Below are positions 32,467-40,770 of a stretch of 64,000 nt of DNA, one piece after another. A model generated the notes under the pieces. That model did no database searches, was not told where the DNA came from, and was given only the letters and a program-made list of their open reading frames with translations. Origin of the DNA: an uncultured Nitrospinota bacterium (lineage in GTDB: Bacteria; Tectomicrobia; Entotheonellia; J063; CAVPRW01); assembly GCA_963707985.1 (NCBI GenBank), contig CAVPRW010000024.1, forward strand, positions 160,001 through 224,000, written 5' to 3'. The position numbers and the translations under genes were made by a program. Position 1 is the first letter of the stretch. Every line of letters starts with the position of its first letter.

Positions 32467-33741
32467 ATGAAGCCAACCAAGAAAGACTCTCTCGTGGCTG
32501 GGCTGGAGGTTGAGTGCGAGTTTCGAACCCTCTTTGGGGAACGAATTCTCGCCAAGGACTACCTCCGCATGTGCCCCAGGTTTGAACGCATGCACCACCT
32601 GGGAGGCTCGGCACATTTTGACCGCGATGATTATGAGATCTCGAGCTTCCCCATCCTATACAGCTTACGCGATTTGCCTATCGCCAAGCTGAGCCTCACC
32701 CTGAACCGTTTGCTGGCAACTATCGAGAGTGACTTTTATAAAGCATCAGAAGTGCTCTCGAAAGCCACCGGCAAAGAGGTTTTTGCCGTTCCCAACAATA
32801 TCCATATCAGTAAAAGCAGCGCCAGCCACGACCCCAATCGCAACTACCAGCCCGTCGGTGTCATTGAGCGAGGCTTTGTCTCCGAACGCATCACTTATGA
32901 TCAAATCACCAAGTCCCGCGTTCCCAACGTCCGCACGACCCGGACAAAGTTTCGCAAGGAGATTCTGACCGTTTATCGCCTCGACCTCTCGGTGGAGGTA
33001 GACCGGGACGTCCTCTCCGACGTCGAAGGAGACTTACTCGACCTCTCTGAAGTCTTCGGGGACGATCAAGTCGTTGAGCAGGCTTGGCGTGAGTATCAGG
33101 CGCTATCCAACCACCGGTTGGTGCTAAATTATCGGCAGGCCTGGCTGAACTTGGCCCTGTCCGTACTGGAGTACGTCGAATACTGGAATTGGACGCTGGA
33201 ATGGAATACCGTCGTCGCACTCCGCAAGATCAATAAAATCACTGTTGGTGGTTGGGATGTGCCGATTCACGGGGATACATCTTACCGCGAGCTCCTGCGT
33301 TGGCTTCTGAGCAAGCCCGAATTTCGGCGCGGCCTGTTGAAGAATGGTCCACTGGGAGACTACATTCTCGTTAAGGCCGTGGCTGAGGGGTTTTTCGATC
33401 ACAGCCCGTATCGCACCAATGAGTTGATTCGCCTTGAGGGTGAGGTGCCGCTCGTCGAAGACCTCATGATCCATGCCTTGGGGGAAGAGTATATCGCACC
33501 ACGGCAGTCTGTCGAGGTCCAACCTAGTATCCCAACCACGCTGAAGACCCTCGACATCAGCTATAAGACCGAGCCCTCCGCCATCAGTGCCGGCATGGGT
33601 ACAAAGTATGCGGTGGTCTTCCGTCAGCGCGGCAAACCGAAGGGGACCGAGCGGGTGATTCCGCTCCATCAGGTCGAAGCCATTCAGCAAGCAGTTGACA
33701 TAGGACGGGAGTGTGACGGACAGGCGCCTGAGCCTCGATGA
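32467..33741 (+). CDS. Hypothetical protein; divergent PafA/Dop-like (glutamine-synthetase fold COOH-NH2 ligase)
   Basis: 424-aa ORF with GLEVE, GGSAHFD...YE, VPNN, SER...TR...RL and LSVLEYVE segments in PafA order (visual alignment only). Confidence 0.55.
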   Translation: MKPTKKDSLVAGLEVECEFRTLFGERILAKDYLRMCPRFERMHHLGGSAHFDRDDYEISSFPILYSLRDLPIAKLSLTLNRLLATIESDFYKASEVLSKATGKEVFAVPNNIHISKSSASHDPNRNYQPVGVIERGFVSERITYDQITKSRVPNVRTTRTKFRKEILTVYRLDLSVEVDRDVLSDVEGDLLDLSEVFGDDQVVEQAWREYQALSNHRLVLNYRQAWLNLALSVLEYVEYWNWTLEWNTVVALRKINKITVGGWDVPIHGDTSYRELLRWLLSKPEFRRGLLKNGPLGDYILVKAVAEGFFDHSPYRTNELIRLEGEVPLVEDLMIHALGEEYIAPRQSVEVQPSIPTTLKTLDISYKTEPSAISAGMGTKYAVVFRQRGKPKGTERVIPLHQVEAIQQAVDIGRECDGQAPEPR

Positions 33742-34501
33742 TCGCTTGTTCGATGACCGCGCTTTTGCGGCACTGTTCGGGATGCACGATTTCGAATATA
33801 CCCAGCAGGGGCAGCGTGCCTTAATTACCTATACGCAGGACAACAAGCGCCAACTGATTTATCACGATCCAGCGCTGAAACGCTCCAAAGTTCAAAAGCT
33901 CATCGCCCACCTCGAAAGCGCACTCGATACGCGGCTGAAAAAAGCTGAGTATGAAGAGACTATCCCCTGTGAGCTTTTGCACGTCAAGAAGAATAGCCTC
34001 ATCGTCGAAGGCAAGGGTTTTTTCCTCAATCACCACCGTTACCAGTTCAAGCCCAATTACGATTCCTTGGTCGGGATCATTATGCTCTTTAGCATTGGGA
34101 CTATTTTGTTGATTTTAAGCCTCACCATGGATTATCATCACCTCCCAGAGGTGGCCTTCCATAGTGAGATTCGGCGGACGATCCTGCCATTCGGCATCAT
34201 TCCAGGGATCATCTTCGAGATCGGCGCTTGTATCTATACCTGGTTCACTACCAAAGCCACCTACCGCGAGATGAAGCTCGTTTCATGCTACAGCAACCGT
34301 CTCGTTTCCACCGAAGCGGAGGCGTTTGAAATCATGCTCCATAATCGGCATTCGAAGCGAAGCCGGTTTTTTCATGGACTGTCGTTCGGGCTCACGGTCG
34401 AGCGGCAGCCTAGCACGATTCAACGTGAGCTGATTAAGCTCTTCGAGTTCGACGCACTTCCCTTGAACAAACTGTCCGCAGTGGACGGCACGGGGTCATG
34501 A
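33713..34501 (+). CDS. Hypothetical membrane protein (two central TM helices)
   Basis: 262-aa ORF overlapping both neighbours; hydrophobic segments LVGIIMLFSIGTILLILSL and ILPFGIIPGIIFEIGACIYTWF. Confidence 0.7.
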   Translation: MTDRRLSLDDRLFDDRAFAALFGMHDFEYTQQGQRALITYTQDNKRQLIYHDPALKRSKVQKLIAHLESALDTRLKKAEYEETIPCELLHVKKNSLIVEGKGFFLNHHRYQFKPNYDSLVGIIMLFSIGTILLILSLTMDYHHLPEVAFHSEIRRTILPFGIIPGIIFEIGACIYTWFTTKATYREMKLVSCYSNRLVSTEAEAFEIMLHNRHSKRSRFFHGLSFGLTVERQPSTIQRELIKLFEFDALPLNKLSAVDGTGS

Positions 34502-34524
34502 CGGTTCGGGAGGGAGGGACCGCT

Positions 34525-35001
34525 ATGTTTGAGAAAACACGCGAAATCATTCGGAAAGATCGCTATGGGTTTCCAGATGAGGGATTCCCACACCGAGTTG
34601 TCATGGCGGGAAACCCCCAGGCCAGCCTTTCCCGCAGAGAGTTTTCGTTAATGACCGGGTGCGAGCCGATTCTAGCAGGTGATATCCAGGACAATCCAAA
34701 CTATGATCATAGGCTCCCCCCCTCTCAGGACAATTTCCTCTTCACCGTCACTGTTACGGTCGAATTGCTTGGCGGCACCCGTAACCTTGTCTGCGACGGC
34801 AAGGAGCTCTACCTCGTCCATGGCGCGCATAAACATCGCCTGAACGACGAGGGGCTGGTGCGGAAGCGCGCGATACAGATCGAGATCAAGGCTAGGGAAC
34901 TCGCCAAAGTTTTTGAGGACCTTGAAGAGCGCATCCTCCAGTCAGTCACAGAAATCCGGCCCAGTGGGGTCGATCGGTTGCCGCCTGTATTGAGCCGATA
35001 G
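34525..35001 (+). CDS. Hypothetical protein
   Basis: GGAGG RBS before ATG 34525 (alternative ATG 34498 overlaps the upstream stop); C-terminal amphipathic helix. Confidence 0.65.
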   Translation: MFEKTREIIRKDRYGFPDEGFPHRVVMAGNPQASLSRREFSLMTGCEPILAGDIQDNPNYDHRLPPSQDNFLFTVTVTVELLGGTRNLVCDGKELYLVHGAHKHRLNDEGLVRKRAIQIEIKARELAKVFEDLEERILQSVTEIRPSGVDRLPPVLSR

Positions 35002-35139
35002 TTTGCTACGCCTCCCTTCCTTCTCCCCTATCGAGGTTCTATGAAGGGACGGGGGAAGGGAGTCTCTCCCCAATAAGCGCGGGCTCGTTGGCCCACAGGC
35101 AACGAGCCCGCGCTTATGCCCGGATTCACACTCTTTGAA

Positions 35140-35349
35140 CCCCCAAAGATCTGTATCGCGTCCTGGTACTGTCCCTATCATCGCTGACTGATTCCGGGTG
35201 ACCTAACGCATAACCGACGACTTGTCGAAACAGCTATCACGATTGCCGCCGGATTAGGTGCGGTTTGGATCATCACCCCGGAACTGTGTATCTGCGGTTA
35301 TTCCTTCGCCGACCAGATCGGTACCGAGTGGATCCACCCACAACCTGAG
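35140..35349 (+). pseudogene. N-terminal fragment of a carbon-nitrogen hydrolase (nitrilase family)
   Basis: Hand translation: ...*LIPGDLTHNRRLVETAITIAAGLGAVWIITPELCICGYSFADQIGTEWIHPQPE (catalytic PE motif); in-frame stop at 35185. Confidence 0.7.
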
Positions 35350-35724
35350 GTGTCGTGGTTTGTACGAGTATACGACCTGGCGTGAGATATCCATCGTACT
35401 GGCACCATCGGCCACGACGATCGTATCCTCGGCAATGTAATCCCGCACCTCGCGATGCATTCGGTAGTAGCCCCTCGGTATGGCATCGGAGTCCAGCATC
35501 GGCTGAACCGTCGTCTGATTTTTCAGGGCATACTCGCGCAAGCTGCGGATCCAATCGGTCTCGCCGTGTTTGACTGGATTATCGTTCCAGGCCTCGTTGA
35601 GCTGGGCCAGGACCATGTTGTTGACGATCGAACCCACGGGATCGCCAGGTAGCACATACACCGTATCCATCCCTTCATGCCTTAACGCTTCGATGACAAG
35701 TTGTGCACCAATCACTTCAACCAT
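35350..35724 (-). pseudogene. Internally deleted, 3'-truncated ThDP-dependent enzyme (oxalyl-CoA decarboxylase/ALS-like)
   Basis: GAQLVIEALRHEGMDTVYVLPG joined directly to a late segment IVVADGASTMDISRQ..YKPRH. Confidence 0.7.
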
Positions 35725-35756
35725 CCCTGTCCACCTTGTCGCCAGCAGCGCACGGC

Positions 35757-36152
35757 CTAGAGGGAAGCAACTCCGGCACGAGCAACCTCTTCGTCCTCCT
35801 CGCTCCGTGCCCCGCTCACACCAATGGCACCAAGCAACTCATTACCTCGCTTGATAGGGATGGCACCTTGCTGTGGAATGATCTGCCCGTCTTCCATGAG
35901 CATCAGGGCGCGCATCACCGGGTTGTTGGCGCGATCGGTGAGCTCAGCGCTCGGCACGCCAAACGCGACGGAGGCATAAGCCTTACCACGGGACACCGGC
36001 ATGGTACGCCACAGCGCCCCATCCAGGCGTAGCGCTGCCAGCAGATCGCCACGCGCGTCGACGATCGAAATGCCAACGATTACGCCCATATCCAACGCTT
36101 TCTTCTTCGCTGCTTGGAGCATGCGTTCAATCTCTACCAAGGTCAGAGCCAT
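35757..36152 (-). CDS. GlcG/HbpS family heme-binding protein (DUF336)
   Basis: ISIVDARG, RLDGA, KAYAS, GAIGVSG, EDEEVA. Confidence 0.9.
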   Translation of the reverse strand: MALTLVEIERMLQAAKKKALDMGVIVGISIVDARGDLLAALRLDGALWRTMPVSRGKAYASVAFGVPSAELTDRANNPVMRALMLMEDGQIIPQQGAIPIKRGNELLGAIGVSGARSEEDEEVARAGVASL

Positions 36153-36484
36153 CGTCTCTCCCCCATCGTTGTGGTCGTGGGTACAAGGGGTTTTCGGTGA
36201 CAAAATGCCGGGAATCGGACCTGCTGGCAACGAGCCTTTATCACGTGAACAGATTTAATTTTCTAAGGCAGGATACTCTACCAAGATCGGGACTGTGGCA
36301 CAAGGCAGAAAATAGCGATCGGCGCAGATTTCTGAAGGCGATGCACTCGTACGGCTGGGTCATTCAGCCTTGTCATCACAGTGAGTGGCCGGAGTATAAA
36401 GTGGACATCACGGCTAATTTTGCTTCGCCGGGCGCAAATTCTGGCTATAATATTCGCCGTGTGGTAGAGAAACCGAAGGAGGTC

Positions 36485-36700
36485 ATGATGCGCACGACAC
36501 ACACCCTGGCAACCGCTGACGCGTTGTTTGTGATGCCCGATGATGGTGTTCGCTATGAACTGGTCAGAGGAGAGCTCCGACGTATGCCACCTGCTGGCAG
36601 TGAGCATGGGGCAGTCATACCGAGTCAGACACCCTGGACGGCGGTGAGGTTCTGCCAGGCTTTGCTTGTCGCGTCGCAGAATGATTTATCTGTACAGATG
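36485..36700 (+). pseudogene. Internally deleted Uma2 (DUF820) endonuclease
   Basis: N-terminal PDDGVRYELVRGELRRMPPAGSEHG joined out of frame to C-terminal TESDTLDGGEVLPGFACRVAE*. Confidence 0.75.
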
Positions 36701-36853
36701 TAGAAGGTTACTTTTACGCTGGCAACTGATGGGTAAGCAGCAGGTCAAGGGCGTTTGGCCCGGCTGGCGCCACATCCTGATCCGGCAGAACAGGTACGGC
36801 CATCGCATTGAGTTGATGGAATCCGACATCCAGCTCACATTGAGGAGTGGTGT

Positions 36854-38272
36854 ATGCCCAATTCCGAGATTTGTTTCTTGACTGCCACCGAGTTGGCCCG
36901 TCGCATCCGTGTGAAGGACGTGTCGGCGCGTGAAGTGATGGAGGCCCATTTGTCTCAGATCGACCGCGTCAATCCCAAGGTAAACGCCATTGTCACGCTG
37001 CTGCCCGAGCTGGCGATGGCACAGGCCAAACACGCCGACGAGGCATTAGCTCGTGGCGCGGAGATCGGCCCCCTACACGGATTGCCTATTGCTCATAAAG
37101 ACCTGGTACCCACGAAGGGCATCCGCACGACCTATGGCTCGCGCATCTTCAAAGATTATGTGCCAGATCATGATGGACTGATCGTCGAACGTCTCAAGAA
37201 GGCGGGGGCGATTACGATCGGCAAGACCAATACACCCGAGTTCGGGGCCGGCTCGCAAACGTTCAATGAAGTCTTCGGGGCGACTCTCAACCCGTATGAT
37301 ATGACGAAAACCTGTGGCGGTAGCAGCGGTGGCGCGGCGGTGGCGCTCGCCTGTGGGATGCTGCCGATCGCTGATGGTAGTGACACCGGCGGCTCACTGC
37401 GCAACCCGGCAAATTTCTGCAATGTCGTAGGGTTTCGCACGGCTCCTGGTCGAGTACCGGTGTGGCCAACCCAGCTTGGCTGGTGGGGGATTTCCGTGCA
37501 AGGACCGATGGCGCGCACGGTGCAGGACACGGCGCTGATGTTGAGTGCCATCGCCGGTCCCGACCCGCGCTCGCCGATCGCCATTGCCGAGCCAGGAAGT
37601 CTATTCGCTCGGCCGCTAGGACGTGATTTCAAGGGGGTGCGCATCGCCTGGAGTCGCGATCTCGGTGGCATCCCAGTCGATACGCGTATCACCGCGGTGC
37701 TCGACAGCCAACGGCCGAAGTTTGAGGCGCTGGGGTGTGTGATCGACGATGCCACACCGGATTTCAGCGATGCCGACGAGATCTTTCAGGTCTGGCGCGC
37801 CTGGCGTATGGAGCTCGTCTATGGCGACCACGTGAGAAACCGGCGCGAACTGGTGAAGGATACAGTGATCTGGAACGTGGAGGCTGGCACGAAATTGACC
37901 GGTCTTCAACTCAGCCAGGCGGAGCGCAAGCGGACTGAGTTGTATCACCGCCTGCGGCAATTCATGGAAACGTATGACTTCCTGGTCCTGCCGGTCAGTC
38001 AGGTGCCGCCATTCGACATTAAGCAACCCTACATCACCGAAATCAATGGCATCAAGATGCAGACCTATATCGACTGGATGAAATCGTGCTACTACATCAC
38101 CGTCACCGGGCTGCCGGCTATTTCCGTGCCTGGTGGCTTCACACCTGAGGGATTGCCGGTCGGTATCCAGATCGTTGGACGCCATCAAGATGACTTCGGC
38201 GTGTTGCAGCTCGCCCACGCCTTCGAGCAGGCCACCGGTCATTGGCAGACGCGACCGTTGGTGGCAGCGTAG
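36854..38272 (+). CDS. Amidase (amidase signature family)
   Basis: GPLHGLPIAHKD, GKTNTPEF, GGSSGG, GSDTGGSLRNPA. Confidence 0.94.
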   Translation: MPNSEICFLTATELARRIRVKDVSAREVMEAHLSQIDRVNPKVNAIVTLLPELAMAQAKHADEALARGAEIGPLHGLPIAHKDLVPTKGIRTTYGSRIFKDYVPDHDGLIVERLKKAGAITIGKTNTPEFGAGSQTFNEVFGATLNPYDMTKTCGGSSGGAAVALACGMLPIADGSDTGGSLRNPANFCNVVGFRTAPGRVPVWPTQLGWWGISVQGPMARTVQDTALMLSAIAGPDPRSPIAIAEPGSLFARPLGRDFKGVRIAWSRDLGGIPVDTRITAVLDSQRPKFEALGCVIDDATPDFSDADEIFQVWRAWRMELVYGDHVRNRRELVKDTVIWNVEAGTKLTGLQLSQAERKRTELYHRLRQFMETYDFLVLPVSQVPPFDIKQPYITEINGIKMQTYIDWMKSCYYITVTGLPAISVPGGFTPEGLPVGIQIVGRHQDDFGVLQLAHAFEQATGHWQTRPLVAA

Positions 38273-38332
38273 GTCCTTCAAGCCCCTGACCAGGAGTTGG
38301 CGACTCGACCGAGGCCTGTTGGAGAAACACTG

Positions 38333-38812
38333 ATGAAGGCGCAGCAAGATGCTCACGTCCTCGGTGTCATCTCAGATACGCATGGACTGATACGTCCTGA
38401 AGCTATCAAAGCCCTTGAGGGCGTCGAGATGATCATCCATGCGGGGGATATCGGGACGCCACAGGTGCTCGACACCTTGCAGGCCATCGCCCCGGTGATC
38501 GCTGTCCGGGGGAACAATGACAAGGGGGATTGGGTGCACGCCCTGTCCGAAACTGAAGTGGTTCAGGTGGGGGGGGTCTCGCTCTACGTATTACACGATG
38601 TCAAGACCCTTGACCTCGACCCAGGGGCCGCAGGATTCCATGCGGTCATCAGCGGCCATTCCCACCAACCAGCCATGGCCAAACGGCAGGGTATTCTATA
38701 TCTAAACCCTGGCAGCGCTGGGCCGCGGCGTTTCAAGTTGCCAATATCGGTGGCCCGAGTCATCATCCACGGCGGTACCGTCGACGCTCAACTTCTCGAA
38801 CTGGCAGTCTGA
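38333..38812 (+). CDS. YfcE-like metallophosphoesterase
   Basis: ISDTH, HAGD, GNND, GHSH, NPGS. Confidence 0.9.
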   Translation: MKAQQDAHVLGVISDTHGLIRPEAIKALEGVEMIIHAGDIGTPQVLDTLQAIAPVIAVRGNNDKGDWVHALSETEVVQVGGVSLYVLHDVKTLDLDPGAAGFHAVISGHSHQPAMAKRQGILYLNPGSAGPRRFKLPISVARVIIHGGTVDAQLLELAV

Positions 38813-38930
38813 CTTAGGAGCCAAGACACGAGGCGCCTAGCGATGTCTCCCTTTCCCTGGCTGTGGGTGGATTCAGGAGGGGATGAAATGCTGGCGTCCA
38901 AAATTTCGTCCTGTTCATGCGTGAGCCTTC

Positions 38931-39854
38931 ATGACCTTCAGCCCATTAGACAAACGAATTCCCGTCCTCGTGATCTCCGGATTTCTGGGCTCTGGCAAGA
39001 CGACGCTGGTGTCCTACTTGCTGAAAGAGGCCCAGGTGAAGGGTGCTCGCATCGCCGTCGTCTCTAATGAGTTCGGCGCCTTGGGCATCGATCGGGCCTT
39101 ACTCGGCCAGGGTGGCGAGGCATACGTAGAGTTGGAAGGGGGCTGCGTCTGCTGCCAGCTGTCCGATGAGCTGGTCAATACGTTACAGATGTTGCGGGAA
39201 CGCGTCAATCCTGACGGTATCATCGTCGAGACTTCAGGCGTCGCTCTGCCGTTCGATACGCAGCTCCAGGTCTGGCGTGAACCGGTTTGTCGTTGGGTGG
39301 ACGACGACATGGCTGTGGTCGTCGTCAACGCCGAACAGCTGTTTGAGCAACGGGATCTCGATGGCACCTTCGAGGACCAAGTGTCCTCGGCCGACCTTTT
39401 ACTACTCAATAAAGTCGATCTGGTCCCACAGGAATCACTCGAATCGCTTGAAGCTGTCCTGCACCGGATGGCTCCAGATACGCCGGTGGTGCACTCGCTC
39501 CATGGCCAGGTCGATCCCTCTGTCCTCTTTCCACCCGTCCTTCGGGATCTGCGTACCCAGCGCCGCACTGCTGGCGCCGAGTCAACGTTGCATCGGCATG
39601 AATCCTTCCTGTCGTACGAGCTTCCTGTAGAGGATGGCGTTGAGCCCCACACGCTCATCGAACGCCTGCGGAGCCTTGGCATGCTGCGCGGCAAGGGCTT
39701 TGTGCGAACCGCTGACGGACCGCGACTAGTCCAGGGTGTTGGTCGGCGCATTGAATTGACTGAGTTGCAGTTTTCCCCACCAGTAGGATTGATGGGGCGA
39801 GTCGTCATCATCACTCGGCCCCCAGAACAGGGGAGATACCATGATTCCGCTTAA
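38931..39854 (+). CDS. COG0523/CobW family metal-chaperone GTPase
   Basis: GFLGSGKTT, NEFG, GCVCC, ETSG, NKVD, RGKG. Confidence 0.9.
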   Translation: MTFSPLDKRIPVLVISGFLGSGKTTLVSYLLKEAQVKGARIAVVSNEFGALGIDRALLGQGGEAYVELEGGCVCCQLSDELVNTLQMLRERVNPDGIIVETSGVALPFDTQLQVWREPVCRWVDDDMAVVVVNAEQLFEQRDLDGTFEDQVSSADLLLLNKVDLVPQESLESLEAVLHRMAPDTPVVHSLHGQVDPSVLFPPVLRDLRTQRRTAGAESTLHRHESFLSYELPVEDGVEPHTLIERLRSLGMLRGKGFVRTADGPRLVQGVGRRIELTELQFSPPVGLMGRVVIITRPPEQGRYHDSA

Positions 39855-39892
39855 TCAAGCATGGTTCTCAGCTGGCAACAGGGAGATCGATT

Positions 39893-40639
39893 ATGGATAA
39901 ACCTATCATTCTTGTGGTCAATCCCAACACCTCTGAGGAGATGACAGCGGCGATTGACCGCATGGCACAGGCCGCAGCGGTGCCATGCGCGAGAGTCGTG
40001 ACGACTCGCAGCCACAACGGGCCGTATACCATTGAAGGAGCATTGGATGCGGCGTTGGCGACGGCTGGTCTATTGGAGGTGGTCGCTGCCTACCAAGACC
40101 CTTTCGATGCTTTAGTGGTGGCCTGCTTCGGTGATCCGGGGGTGGAGGCGTTACGTATGCTGGTGCGCGTCCCAGTGATCGGCATCGCGGCGGCGTCATT
40201 CATGCACGCGGCCTGTCTCAGTCAGCATTTTGCCATCGTCACCCCGGTGGCTGGCACGCAGGAGCGGTATGCCGCCGTGGCGGCGGCTATGGGCCTAGAC
40301 AAGCAGTTTGTGGGGACATACCCAACGCCCCTGTCGGTAGCCGACTTCGAGTCTGATGAGCCGGCGGTGCTGGAAACCCTGGTGTTCCATGCTGAGCAAG
40401 CGGTGAAGGATGGGGCCGATTGTTTGCTGTTCGGCTGTGCCGGCATTTCGGATCAGATCCACCACATTGAGGCGCGCGTCGGAGTGACCTGTGTCGCCAG
40501 TGTTGCGGCCGGCGTGAGTCAGGCTATAGCCTGCCTACGACACTGCCAGCAGCCTCTCGTCGGCGGGCCTTTTCGTCAGATCAAAACTAAACCGCTGGCA
40601 GGATTCGAGGCATTGCAGCCCCACTATCGGGGGCGATAA
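39893..40639 (+). CDS. Asp/Glu/hydantoin racemase family (allantoin racemase-like)
   Basis: VNPNTS..MT, ACFGDPG, VPVIGI, GCAG. Confidence 0.88.
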   Translation: MDKPIILVVNPNTSEEMTAAIDRMAQAAAVPCARVVTTRSHNGPYTIEGALDAALATAGLLEVVAAYQDPFDALVVACFGDPGVEALRMLVRVPVIGIAAASFMHAACLSQHFAIVTPVAGTQERYAAVAAAMGLDKQFVGTYPTPLSVADFESDEPAVLETLVFHAEQAVKDGADCLLFGCAGISDQIHHIEARVGVTCVASVAAGVSQAIACLRHCQQPLVGGPFRQIKTKPLAGFEALQPHYRGR

Positions 40640-40770
40640 GGGTAGATAGCGTTGCGGCGAGGGCGGATACTCAGCCCCCCCGCCCTGCGGAGCGGGTTTG
40701 GGTGAGTGGGGTATGTGGAGAGCGCACACGGAGGGTCGCCTCCGTAGAAATACGTGGTGAGGGGTTGCAC

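Noticed and set aside
32300..35140. A Pup/UBact-like tag gene near the PafA-like ORF
   Set aside because: No small ORF ending in GGE/GGQ or GE was seen in the ORF track or in the short flanks I inspected.
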